Shown piece after piece: positions 44,410 through 54,700 of a stretch of 64,000 bases of DNA. The DNA lies in NCBI GenBank assembly GCA_963819655.1, contig CAWFXA010000001.1, positions 327,155-391,154 on the forward strand. The letters run 5' to 3'. The DNA is from an uncultured Chloroflexia bacterium. Its GTDB lineage: Bacteria > Chloroflexota > Limnocylindria > Limnocylindrales > CSP1-4. The first letter of the stretch is position 1; each line of letters opens with the position of its first letter. The notes below the pieces were generated by a model. The model ran no database searches, was not told the origin of the DNA, and saw only the letters and a program-made list of their open reading frames with translations. Both the position numbers and the translations under genes were made by a program.

Positions 44410-44958
44410 TCAGGCGGCAGGCGGATCCGTGGCAAGGCCGTCGACGACCTCGACGCCCGGGAGGGCGAGCAGGATCGACGGTGCGGCAAGCACCTTCCAC
44501 GACCTTGACCCGCCACCGAGCACGATCCGCTCGCGCTGCATGACGCGGCGGTCGACCCAGATCGGCAGCGAGGCCGGCAGCCCGAACACCGTGACGCCAC
44601 CGATCTCCATCCCGGTGATGTCGCGGGTCGACTCCGACGGAGCGAATGACGCCTTCCGCGTACCCAGCCGGTCACGCACCGCGCGGTTGACGTCGAGCCG
44701 GTTGGGGGCGAGCACGACACAGGCCGCATAGCGCGGTGGGTCGCTCTTGCCGATGACGAGGATCGTGTTGGCCGAGTCCTCGGGATCGAACCCGTAAGCG
44801 GCACAGAAGGCGGCGGTATCGGCCAGGGCGGGGTCACACGGGAACAGTTCGTAGTCGACACCGATCGGATCCAGAGCCGCGACGAGCCGGTGGCGACCCT
44901 CGGGATCGTGGCTGGCGAGATCGACATCGGACATCGGCCCAAGCGTAGTCGGTACCAT
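44410..44958 (-). CDS. YbaK/ProX-family aminoacyl-tRNA deacylase domain protein
   Basis: YbaK/EbsC-type domain (ANTILVIGKS...VVLAPNRLDVNRA...ITGMEIGGVTVFGLP). Confidence 0.6.
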   Translation of the reverse strand: MVPTTLGPMSDVDLASHDPEGRHRLVAALDPIGVDYELFPCDPALADTAAFCAAYGFDPEDSANTILVIGKSDPPRYAACVVLAPNRLDVNRAVRDRLGTRKASFAPSESTRDITGMEIGGVTVFGLPASLPIWVDRRVMQRERIVLGGGSRSWKVLAAPSILLALPGVEVVDGLATDPPAA

Positions 44959-44966
44959 CGCGGTCG

Positions 44967-46589
44967 ATGACCGACCGAACCACCCTCCAGCCACCGACCG
45001 ATGTGCCGGACATCGACGCCTACCTGAGGCGCTTCGACTGGCACCCGGAACCCGAGCTCATCGGCTATCGCGACGAGGCGACATCCCGGGCGGCCCTGGC
45101 CTCGTTGGGCGCCAAGACCTGGCACGAGGCACTGGCGTTCCTGTACGGCATCGCATCCCGGCGAGCCATGGGTGACGCGTCGCCTTATCCCGAGGCGAGG
45201 CGACGGTATTACGGGTCCGATCCCGCCGGTCCGCGCGACGGCCCGGGCGCCGCTCCGGATGGCCCCCTGCGAGCCGCCGAGGTGCTCGCCGAGTTCTCCG
45301 ACCGCCTCGCGGGCGGGCTCATGAACGCGCAGCATCCCCGCCAGTTCGGCTATTTCACACCGCCGCCGCTGCCGATGTCGATCATGGGAGAGCTGCTCGC
45401 CCAGATCGCCAACCAGGGCGTGGACGTCTGGCACGCCGGCCCGTTCGCGGCCTTCGCCGAGGAGGAGGTCGTCCGCTGGCTGTGCGACCTCGTCGGGTAC
45501 GGCCCGGGATCGTTCGGGCTGCTGACGAGCGGCGGGGTCATGGCCAACTTCATGGGCATGGCCCTGGCTCGCGACCTGCACCTTGGCCGCGCCCGCGGAC
45601 TCGCGGCGCCGCCGCGCGGCAAGGATCTCGAGGCTGCCCGTGTCTACACCAGCGACCAGACCCATTTCTCGATCGCGCGAGCGCTCGACGAACTGGGGTT
45701 CCCGCCCGAGACCCTGGTCGTGCTGCCATCCGACGACGACTTCCGCCTCCGCGGAGCCCCCCTCGCTGAGGCCGTGGCACGTGATCGGGGCGCCGGGCTG
45801 ACGCCATTCGCCATCGCCGCGGTCGCCGGTTCGACGAACACCGGCTCGGTCGATGCCATCGGGGAGCTGGCCGACGTCGCCGATGCCGAGGGTCTGTGGC
45901 TCCACGTGGACGCTGCATACGGCGGCGGGGCCCGCCTGTCCGAGCGGGACCGTGATCGCGTCCCCGACCTGGAGCGCGCGCATTCCGTCACGGTCGATCC
46001 CCACAAGTGGTTCTTCCAGGCATATGACATCGGGGGCCTGCTGGTCCGCGACGGCCGGGCGCTGGCTGCGGTATTCGGCGGCCGGGCTCCCGAGTACTAC
46101 CGCGGCGGGGAGACTCCAGGGAGCGGCGTCCTGGACTCCTTGCCTGACGATGAGCACGACCAACACGCCGACCAGCTCAACTTCTACAAGCTGTCATTCG
46201 AGGGAACTCGCCGGTGGCGGGCGCTCAAGCTGTGGATGACCTGGAAGCACCTCGGGACGCGCGGCTTGGGACGGCTCGTCGAGGCCAATGACGACCTCGC
46301 CGCCTACCTCGCCGCGCGCTGTGCGGCGGACGACGATCTGGAGGCGCTGCCGGCCGTGCCGGAACTGTCGGTGGTGTGTTTCCGGCATGTCCCTGCGGGC
46401 CTCGCTGGGGAGGCGCTCGACGCCCACCAAGACCGACTCCAGGCTGCGCTGGAGGTGTCCGGTGACGGCTGGCTGACGACGACCCGCCTGCGTGGCGCCA
46501 CCTGGCTCCGTGCCGGGATCGTCAACTACCTCTCTACTGAGGCCGACATCGACCGATTGCTCGACACGCTGCGACGACTCGCGGGATGA
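44967..46589 (+). CDS. Pyridoxal-phosphate-dependent group II amino-acid decarboxylase (DABA/tyrosine/glutamate decarboxylase family)
   Basis: PLP-lysine motif SVTVDPHKW. Gly-rich loop SGGVMANFMGMALAR. HVDAAYGG. Confidence 0.85.
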   Translation: MTDRTTLQPPTDVPDIDAYLRRFDWHPEPELIGYRDEATSRAALASLGAKTWHEALAFLYGIASRRAMGDASPYPEARRRYYGSDPAGPRDGPGAAPDGPLRAAEVLAEFSDRLAGGLMNAQHPRQFGYFTPPPLPMSIMGELLAQIANQGVDVWHAGPFAAFAEEEVVRWLCDLVGYGPGSFGLLTSGGVMANFMGMALARDLHLGRARGLAAPPRGKDLEAARVYTSDQTHFSIARALDELGFPPETLVVLPSDDDFRLRGAPLAEAVARDRGAGLTPFAIAAVAGSTNTGSVDAIGELADVADAEGLWLHVDAAYGGGARLSERDRDRVPDLERAHSVTVDPHKWFFQAYDIGGLLVRDGRALAAVFGGRAPEYYRGGETPGSGVLDSLPDDEHDQHADQLNFYKLSFEGTRRWRALKLWMTWKHLGTRGLGRLVEANDDLAAYLAARCAADDDLEALPAVPELSVVCFRHVPAGLAGEALDAHQDRLQAALEVSGDGWLTTTRLRGATWLRAGIVNYLSTEADIDRLLDTLRRLAG

Positions 46590-47026
46590 GGTCGGTATTC
46601 GCCCTGGTCCTGATCATCGCGCTGGCGACGATGGCGATCGTGGCGTGCTCGGCCGTCCCGGTCTTCGGGCGGTGCGATGTGATGCTCACGGCCCTGCCCC
46701 CGGGAACGCTCATCGACGAGACTGCCCCGTTGCCGGCCGACGCCGTCGTGCTCGCTGGCCCGGCGGATTTCGATCCGGACGCCACGAGCCTCGAGCGTTT
46801 CGAGGACAGCTTTCGGCTTTCGCTCCAACTCCGGGGCGACGCGGTGGGTCGGGTGGCCGCGCATACGGCGGGCCACCCTGGAGACCAGGTGGCGATCGCG
46901 ATCAATGGCCAAGTCGTGCTCGTGCCGATCATCCAGGAGCCCATCCTCGACGGCGTCATCGAGGTATTCCCCGGGGGGCTCGACCCGGATGGGTTCGAGC
47001 AACAGTTCGCGGGCTGCATTCGCTAG
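46586..47026 (+). CDS. Small lipoprotein (146 aa)
   Basis: ATGA overlap with the decarboxylase stop. Lipobox AIVACS. Confidence 0.5.
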   Translation: MRSVFALVLIIALATMAIVACSAVPVFGRCDVMLTALPPGTLIDETAPLPADAVVLAGPADFDPDATSLERFEDSFRLSLQLRGDAVGRVAAHTAGHPGDQVAIAINGQVVLVPIIQEPILDGVIEVFPGGLDPDGFEQQFAGCIR

Positions 47027-48117
47027 GCGGTCGGACCTTCACCCAGCGGCGCCGGTCGATAGCACCGGGACGTGACGGCCTCGACGCGACCTGACGAGGT
47101 CGCCGACTCGATCGCCAGCAGCACGTCGAGCACATGGAAGGCGAGCTCGCCGCTCGCCCGATGCGGCTCCTTCGATCGGATCCCGGCGATGAGGTCCGCG
47201 AGCCCGATCCCCCGGCCGACCGAAGCGTCGAAGCGGAGCGGTATCAGCTCCCAATCGCGGGCGCCGAGTGGCCGATAGCGCACCTCCCCGTCGAACTGAT
47301 CCGGATCGCCGAGGATCAGCGAGCCCGCGGTCCCGTGGATCTCGAAATGCGGCGCCTCACTACCCACGACATCGAACGACGCCGTCAGCCCGCCGACAGC
47401 GCCCGACTCGAAGGCGAGCGCCGCGATCGCCGTGGTCGGGACCTCGGCCGTGACGGTTCCTCCAGCACGCGGCCCAGACCCGATCGGCCGCTCGGTACCC
47501 ACACCGCGCCCGACCGCGGACGCGGCGACGATCGGGCCGAGGAGCGATACCAGCGCCGTCGCGTAGTACGGCCCGACATCGAGCAACGGCCCACCGCCGG
47601 TCGCATAGAAGATGCCCGGGTTGGAGTGCCAGGACTCCGGCCCGAGGTGGGCCACGGATGCGGTCGCCGCGATCGGAGTCCCGATGGCCCCTTCGTCGAT
47701 GAGTGCCCGCGCCGTCTGCAAGCCGCCGCCGAGAAACGTGTCCGGAGCGGCACCGACGCGGACGCCCGCGTCACGCGCCTCGGCAAGGACCGTCCGCGCG
47801 TCGTCGAGCGTCGTTGCGAGCGGCTTCTCCGAGTAGACGTGCTTGCCGGCCCGGATGGCCGCCAGCGACACGGCGGCGTGGGCTGCCGGGGGCGTCAGGT
47901 TGAGGACGATGTCGATGGTCGGGTCGGCCAGGAGGGTGTCGATGTCGACGGCCGGGAAGCCACCGGCGGTCGCGACCGCCTCGGCGCGGGTCGAGTCGAG
48001 GTCCGCGCACGACGCCAGCTGGATGATCGGCAGGCGCGCCATGGAGGGCAGGTACAAGCCTGTGACATCGCCGCAACCGACCATCCCGACCCGGGCCGGG
48101 CGTTCCTCCACGATCAC
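47023..48117 (-). CDS. Gfo/Idh/MocA-family NAD(P)-dependent oxidoreductase
   Basis: Rossmann N-terminus ARVGMVGCGDV...IRAGKHVYSEKP. GTG start overlaps the upstream gene's stop (GTGA). Confidence 0.75.
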   Translation of the reverse strand: MIVEERPARVGMVGCGDVTGLYLPSMARLPIIQLASCADLDSTRAEAVATAGGFPAVDIDTLLADPTIDIVLNLTPPAAHAAVSLAAIRAGKHVYSEKPLATTLDDARTVLAEARDAGVRVGAAPDTFLGGGLQTARALIDEGAIGTPIAATASVAHLGPESWHSNPGIFYATGGGPLLDVGPYYATALVSLLGPIVAASAVGRGVGTERPIGSGPRAGGTVTAEVPTTAIAALAFESGAVGGLTASFDVVGSEAPHFEIHGTAGSLILGDPDQFDGEVRYRPLGARDWELIPLRFDASVGRGIGLADLIAGIRSKEPHRASGELAFHVLDVLLAIESATSSGRVEAVTSRCYRPAPLGEGPTA

Positions 48118-48935
48118 GTGCCGCGGCTGCGGGCGAGCCCTCGAGCCGTCAGGTTTGCGAGGCTCTGCCGGGTCGCCGTGATGGCGGACCCCTCGACGTG
48201 GTCGAACTCGACGATGAGCCACTCGACCGATCCCTGGGCCTCCGCCGCGGCGATGGCGGGACCCGGATCGACCACTCCCGTCCCGACGGGCACGTTGACG
48301 AACGGTTCGTCGGCATAAGCCGACCGTGGCAGCTCGATCCCGTCCTTGACGTGCAGCGACACAACGCGCTCGCCGAGTCGGCTGATCACTGTCGCCGGGT
48401 CGGCCCCGCCGACGACCACCCAGAAGATGTCGACCTGGAAGTCGACGGCGTCGCCGAGGCCAGCAGCGAGGCGATCGATGACCGACGTCCCATCGACGTC
48501 GGTCATCTCCGTGTCGTGGTTGTGGTACGTCAGGCGGAGGCCGTGCGTCGCAGCCACCCCGGCGACAGTCCCGACCTGGTCGATGAGCGCACTGACCCCG
48601 CCCAGCGTCGCAACAGCACGCGGCGTGACCACCACGCGCGGCGACCCGAGCTCCGCGATGGCCGCCGCGGCCCGCGCGAATGCCATGGGATCCGCGAGAT
48701 CGGCCCATGTGTGTGAGCTCGTGACGGCGAGCCCCAGGTCCGCCAGGAGGCGCCGCGCCCCGACCGCATCACCACCCGGGACGTCGACCGTCTCGACCCC
48801 GAGATAGCCGCTGGCCGCGATCGCATCGAGCGTCACGATGTCCAGGCCCATACCCGCGCCCCCGAACCGGACCGGATCGCGGAACGTGTAGAGCTGGACG
48901 GCCAGCGGCGGCGGTTCGCGGTGCGGCTCAACCAT
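48114..48935 (-). CDS. Sugar phosphate isomerase/epimerase (xylose-isomerase-like TIM barrel)
   Basis: Family-typical LAVQLYTF...LGVETVD...LTYHNHDTEM...VSLHVKD. Confidence 0.7.
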   Translation of the reverse strand: MVEPHREPPPLAVQLYTFRDPVRFGGAGMGLDIVTLDAIAASGYLGVETVDVPGGDAVGARRLLADLGLAVTSSHTWADLADPMAFARAAAAIAELGSPRVVVTPRAVATLGGVSALIDQVGTVAGVAATHGLRLTYHNHDTEMTDVDGTSVIDRLAAGLGDAVDFQVDIFWVVVGGADPATVISRLGERVVSLHVKDGIELPRSAYADEPFVNVPVGTGVVDPGPAIAAAEAQGSVEWLIVEFDHVEGSAITATRQSLANLTARGLARSRGT

Positions 48936-49332
48936 GTCCGTGGAGCAACCCGCCGACGTGTTCGAGCAGCTTCCAGGCGACCTCGGCATCACCCTTCACG
49001 AACGCTCGGAAGTCCCAGAACGTCATGACCAGCGTCCGCAGGTCGGTCGTCGCGGTGATGGTCGCGGTCCGGACGCGGTCGCTGATGAGGGCGACCTCGC
49101 CGAAATAGCTGCCAGGCCCCACCGTGTCGACCTCTTTGCCCCCGACGCTGACGACCCCCTCGCCCTCAACGACGACGAAGAAGCCCATCCCATGGGTGTC
49201 GCCTTCGCGCACGACGACACTACCGGCAGGGAACGTGCGTTCGGTGAAGTCGCGTGCCAGGCGCTCGAGTTCTTTCCTGTCGAGGCTCGAGAGCAACGGC
49301 ACCTTGGCCAGGAGTTCGACGGACTCGGACAT
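48928..49332 (-). CDS. Stand-alone cyclic-nucleotide-binding (cNMP/CAP-effector) domain protein (134 aa)
   Basis: cNMP-binding signature GDTHGMGFFVVVEGEGVV...GSYFGEVALISDRVRTATITA. GGAGAC RBS upstream of the ATG. Confidence 0.7.
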   Translation of the reverse strand: MSESVELLAKVPLLSSLDRKELERLARDFTERTFPAGSVVVREGDTHGMGFFVVVEGEGVVSVGGKEVDTVGPGSYFGEVALISDRVRTATITATTDLRTLVMTFWDFRAFVKGDAEVAWKLLEHVGGLLHGHG

Positions 49333-49370
49333 GACGGTCTCCACCTGCGGATGATCGACGTTCAGTTGGA

Positions 49371-50690
49371 CTATCCACCGTTGCGCGAGCGCGCGGCCAG
49401 CCGGTCCTGCAGGCGGAACCACTCCCCGGCGAACGGCATGAACCAGGGCCGGCCTTCGTAGGGTGCCGGCACGAGCGGGAACCGCAGGCGCGTGAGGGCC
49501 GGCGCCTCGCCACCGGCCAGCCAGGCACCGACCTTCGTGCCGAGGTTGGTCATCAGGGCGACACCCGTTCCGCAACAGCCCATCGCGTAGGTGACGCCGT
49601 CCTTCGTCCGCCCGACGTGCGGCATCCGGTCGAACGTGAAGCCGACGTTGCCGCCCCACGCGTACTCGATGCGGTAGTCGGCCATCTGCGGGTGGACCTC
49701 GACGAGACCCTTCCACAGGATCGCCGCCGTCTTGTCGATGGTCGTGGGCATGAACGACGCTCGACCGCCGAAGACCATCCGACGGTCCGCCGACACGTGC
49801 CAGTAGTACAGGAAGTTCTTCGTGTCGAAGAAGGCGCGCCCCTTGGGCGACAGCTCGTGGGCGATGTCCTCCGGGAGCTGCTCCGAGGCGATGATGAACG
49901 AGCCGATCGGGATGATCCGTCGGCGGAGCGATGGCACGACGCCGTCGGTGTAGCCGTTGGTCGCGACGAAGACATCGCGAGCGCGGATCGCGCCGCGCGT
50001 GGTCTCGACCCTGAACGTGCCATCCCCCTGGCGCCGGATCGAGCGGGCACGCACGCCCTCGTGCAGGTCTGCGCCGGCTCGGTCTGCGGCGGCGGCCAGG
50101 CCAGCGAAATACCGACCCGGATGCAGCAGCCCGGTGGCCTCGACCACGAGCGCGCCGTAATACGCATCGCTGCCGATCTCCTCGCGGATGCGCTCGCGGG
50201 GCACGACCGTCGAACTGACACCGACCGACGCCAGGCTCTCACGCGCATGCTCGAGCTCGGGCGCGTGAGCGGGCGCGTATGCAAGCTCGAGGTGCCCGAT
50301 CTCCCTGAAGTCGCAATCGATGGACTCCTCATCGATCAACCGCTTCACGAGCCGGTAGGAATCGAGCGTCTCCTGGTAGAGCGCCTTGCCGGTCTGGATC
50401 CCGTAACGCTTGATCAGCTGGCTGGCGCTCCACTTGTAGCCGGCGTGGACGATGCCGCCATTCCGCGTCGACGCGCCCCATCCCAGGGTATGGGCCTCGA
50501 GCAGCGTGACGGCGACGCCCCGGCGTGCCAGCTCGCGGGCGGCCATGACGCCCGCGTAACCACCACCGATCACGACGACGTCCGCCTCGGCGGGCAGATC
50601 GCGGCCGGACCGGTCTGGGAGTGGTGCCATCGACGCCTGCCAGAAGGCGCGGCGTTCGAAGTCGGTGTTCAGAGGCGGGGTCGCGGCCAT
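49371..50690 (-). CDS. FAD-dependent oxidoreductase (DadA/PuuB/glycine-oxidase-like amine oxidase family)
   Basis: Dinucleotide-binding motif DVVVIGGGYAGVMAARELARRG. DAO-family C-terminal region. Confidence 0.8.
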   Translation of the reverse strand: MAATPPLNTDFERRAFWQASMAPLPDRSGRDLPAEADVVVIGGGYAGVMAARELARRGVAVTLLEAHTLGWGASTRNGGIVHAGYKWSASQLIKRYGIQTGKALYQETLDSYRLVKRLIDEESIDCDFREIGHLELAYAPAHAPELEHARESLASVGVSSTVVPRERIREEIGSDAYYGALVVEATGLLHPGRYFAGLAAAADRAGADLHEGVRARSIRRQGDGTFRVETTRGAIRARDVFVATNGYTDGVVPSLRRRIIPIGSFIIASEQLPEDIAHELSPKGRAFFDTKNFLYYWHVSADRRMVFGGRASFMPTTIDKTAAILWKGLVEVHPQMADYRIEYAWGGNVGFTFDRMPHVGRTKDGVTYAMGCCGTGVALMTNLGTKVGAWLAGGEAPALTRLRFPLVPAPYEGRPWFMPFAGEWFRLQDRLAARSRNGG

Positions 50691-50750
50691 GGTCGCGAGC
50701 GTAGCCGAGGCGAGCGCGACCCCGCACGACGTCGCGCCGGATGGCCCGGT

Positions 50751-50957
50751 CTAGGCGGTGTGAGGAAGCTCCCAGCCCGGCTCAGGGACGATCACCCGGT
50801 TCGCGGTTTCGCCGTGCGTTTCGGCGAGGTGTGCGAAGAACCGCGCGCGACGATGGGAGACGATCCGGGCGTCCCGGCACGGACAACCCTCGGCCAGGCA
50901 ACCCGATCGAGGCTCGCGTCCTGCCCTCTGCTCGGTCCTGGTCTCGTTGGTGTCCAT
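50751..50957 (-). CDS. Small Cys-containing ORF (68 aa), possible
   Basis: GGAGACGAGGA RBS upstream of ATG MDTNETRTEQ. CLAEGCPC motif. Sits in a 550-bp divergent intergenic region. Weak support. Confidence 0.25.
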   Translation of the reverse strand: MDTNETRTEQRAGREPRSGCLAEGCPCRDARIVSHRRARFFAHLAETHGETANRVIVPEPGWELPHTA

Positions 50958-51239
50958 GGTCCTCGTCTCCGCACCTTCTATGGCGCTGCGGCTCAGGATT
51001 TCGTTCGATGTTCCTGACGACTCTGGTACGAAGATGACGTCGGGTCGGACGATTCCGTTGCAGCGCTAGAGCCCGTTGTCCGAAATCGGACATGCGACGG
51101 CACGCACGACCGAACCTGGACGTCCTGACCGGCATCAGATGATCGAACGCGCCGCAGGAGGGAGCCGATCTCACCCGCGACAGACCGATCGCTCGTCGAA
51201 CGGGCTCGCAACGGCGACCTCGACGCGTTCGAGGAGATC

Positions 51240-51719
51240 GTGCGTGTCCGGATGGATGGCGTATACCGACTGAGCGTCGCGATCCTCGGCGACGAGGCCG
51301 ATGCGCGCGATGCCGCCCAGGACACGTTCATCACGGCGTGGCGGCAGATCCGAGCCGTGCGCGATCCGGGCAAGTTCGACGCGTGGCTCCAGCGCGTGGC
51401 GGTCAACGCGGCGCGGATGACGCATCGCTCGCGGCGACGTCGTGGCGTCCGCGAGATCCCGCTAAGCCGGCTCGGAGAGGCGCCGACCTCCGGGCCGTCT
51501 GTCGAGCTGGCGGACACCGATGGCCGCGTGCTCGATACCGCGATGCGGGCCCTCGAGATCGACCAGCGATCGATCCTCGTCCTGCACCACCTCGAGGGCC
51601 GATCGATCGTTGAGCTGGCGGCGATCCTCGATGTCCCGACGGGGACCGTGAAGTCTCGTCTGCACGCCGCTCGGCGGGCGCTCCAAGCGGCGATCGACGC
51701 CGAAGCGATCGATCGATGA
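51240..51719 (+). CDS. ECF sigma factor, paralogue of the 4038-4601 gene; N-terminus unresolved
   Basis: Regions 2-4 are clear (DAAQDTFITAWRQIRAVRD; LHHLEGRSIVELAAILDVPTGTVKSRLHAAR). The conserved N-terminal LVERARNGDLDAFEEIV is encoded upstream of the first in-frame start codon. The only upstream ATG (51139) is in another frame. Confidence 0.75.
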   Translation: MRVRMDGVYRLSVAILGDEADARDAAQDTFITAWRQIRAVRDPGKFDAWLQRVAVNAARMTHRSRRRRGVREIPLSRLGEAPTSGPSVELADTDGRVLDTAMRALEIDQRSILVLHHLEGRSIVELAAILDVPTGTVKSRLHAARRALQAAIDAEAIDR

Positions 51720-54700
51720 CGTCTCCGATCGCTCCGCGCGAGCCTTGGGACGACCGACGGCTGGCGGCGGCGTTCACGGCCCGTGCCGCGAAGACCCGGA
51801 CGCCCAACGAGCTGGTCGGGGATGTCGTGGCGCGCGTGCGGACCGAGGATCCGCCGATGCCCGTGTGGCGCCGGTGGCTGCCAGCCGCCGCGGTCGTGGT
51901 CCTCGCGCTCGGCGTGGTCGCGGGTGGGGTCGCGTTGTCGGGCGACGTTCGCGGCCAAGGTCTGTTCCGAGAAGGCCCGAGGGCCGACCTGAAGACGCTC
52001 GCAACGGGCGAGTTCGCCTTCGATTATCCAGCCGCATGGCACGGATACGACGCGTCGGCTGCGGGCAGCGGAATCTCGTCGGTCGCCGTGCTTGGCACGC
52101 AATCGGTGGAGCGGCGCTGCGGCAACGAGCGGCATGTCGACCTCAACTGCGTCTACGAGCAACGCCTCGAGGCAGGGCAGATCCGTCTGTTCGTCGGGAC
52201 CGGCGCCTATCGAGGCCAGACGATCGAAGACCGGGCGCCCATCGAGAACGGGACTAGCTCTCGGGTCCGGGTGGGAGGCATGCCGGCCATCTTCGACGAG
52301 TTCGACGCTCGACCGGACTCCTTCTACGGTGAAGACACGCTGATCCATTGGGAGATCGCACAGCCCGGGTCGGCCGGCACGAACGTCGTCCGCCTCGAGG
52401 CGATGCTCAGAGAGCCTGGCGTCACTGAGGGCCGAAGGCAGCTCGAGGCGTTGGTCGCGAGCTTCCGCTTCACGAACGGCCCCGACCCGTCCCCGCCGCC
52501 GACACCCGAGCCGACGCCGACCGCGACTCCGCCACGCCTCGCCGACCTGCGAGTGATGACTGTGGAGGAGCTGATCACCGCCACGGAGTCGCCGACGCCG
52601 GAGGAGGTCATCGTCCGCGGCTGGCTGGGACGCTCGAATGCCATCTTCGACTGCAACATCGAACCCGACCCGCATCCGCTGATCCCGCGTTGCGAGGAAT
52701 TCGGCCTGTCCCTGTTTCAGGATCCGCCGTTCGTCGAGCGCGGAACCCTCGAGCCTAGCTTGCCTCATGTCGTGCCCATGCTGCGGATCGACGCCCACGC
52801 GGACGTACCAGCCATGCCGGGAATCGCTGTGGAGGTCTTGGCAGTGGGCCACCTCCTCGACCACCGCTGGACGACGTGTCCGGAGGCCCAGCAGGCCGAC
52901 TGCAAGGCGCGCTTCGTGATCGATCGGGTGGTCGCCGCCGACCAGCCATTGTGGGACGACCTTCCGACTCCGTGGGCGAGCCCGGATGGCTTGCCCGTGA
53001 GTGGGCCGTCCGAGGCGGTCGGGGTCCTGTCCTCCATCGTCGGTGGTGTGACTGTCGTGTCGATCGGCGTCGCCGACGCCGATGCTCTCCGATCGATCGA
53101 GTGGCAGACGCGCGCCAAGCCGGATCTGCAGACGTCGTGGGTGATCCGCGCCCTCATCGGAAGGGACGCCGAGCCGATCGCGCGAACGTTCCTGGTCGGC
53201 GACGAGGGCCACTCGACGGTGCTCGAGGTGACCGAGACGGGCCTCGTCGACTTGATCGGCCAGCCCGCGTCCGCCCCGCCGACCGAGGTGCTCGGCCTCC
53301 CGGTCATCTCCGTCGAGGAGGCGATCGCGATCCGCGATGCCGGCCGCGACGACCGCGAGATCGCGGTCCGTGGCTGGTTCCCGCCGTCGAGGTCACTCCG
53401 CTGCGCCTACCCAAGCCCCCCGATCACGTTCTTCCTAGAGCCGTATTGCCAGGACGGATTCTCGGTGCTCATGGCAGGTCCGGAGACCTTGGCCACCGGC
53501 CTGCCTGGAGGACCCCATATATCGGTGGACCTCCATGACCTTGAAATGGCCTGGTATCCCACGGCCGACTCAGTCGAAATGGTGGCGATCGGCCACTTCG
53601 ACGACCGGCGCTCGAACTGGTGTGATGCGTCTCGGGTCGACGCGTGTCGTGACCGCTTGGTCGTCGATCAGGTCGCGTGGGCGGCGGGCGCGGCGCAGCC
53701 GCTGAGCGTCGTCATGAGGACAGGGACGGGCGATCCGGCGTTTGGTCCCGTCGACGCCGCGATCACCGCCACGACTGAGGCCGCGATCCTGTCATCGGCT
53801 GCGTATCGAGCGTGGGAACTCATGGAGATCGAGCCGTCCTTGCGCGATGGGCGGCCCGGCATCACCGACGAGCCGATCCTGTGGAGCGTTCAGGTCCTGG
53901 AGGACGAGCGCGCCGCTACCTACGTCGTGGTCGATGGAACCGATCGGGTCTATCGCGTGGAGACGGACGGACAGACGGTCCAAGTCGGTGGCACGCCGCT
54001 CGAAGATCCGGCGCGCTCGTGGCCGCCAGAGGGTGTCCTGGACGTGCCGATGCCGGAAGGTGGTACGGGCCTCACACCCAAGGCTGGCGTCATCGACCGG
54101 AGCGGGTTGCTCGTGGAGGCACGAGCCGCAGGCGAGGCAGATCCGGGTCGGCCCATCACCGAGCTGGACCCCGGGGAGATGGCGATCGTGCAGGCGGCGC
54201 CGGATACGGTCGTCGCCTACTGGAACGGCTCGCTGTGCGACGATCGGTTCGTCCTGACCCTTTACGGTCGCGGTCCATCCGAGGCGCCCGATCGACTCGA
54301 GTTGCGCGGCGAGCGCGCCGATCTGTGCCGCCTGGCCCTCGTCCGCTACGGGATCCGGCTCCGCTTCAGCCAGCCAGTCGACGCGGCCTCCATCCGCGGC
54401 TGGGACCGTGTCGGCACACCGTTCGAGGCATTCCCGCCCGTCGACTCCACGGTCGTCTTCCTCCCGAAGGACGGCGGGTTCGAGCTTCCCAAGGTACGTG
54501 CGGCGCTGATCGACCTGAGCGGCCGGGTCACTGCCGTGCGTGCGATCGGGCCAGATGACCCGAGAGTGCTGGACCTCGAAGCCCAAGGGAAGGTCGTCTG
54601 GATTCGTGACCGGCAGCTCGTCGGGCGCTACCACCTCTACTGGACCGGCGGCATCTGCGACGGCGACTCGGTGGTGACGATCGACGCGACGTTGTCGACG

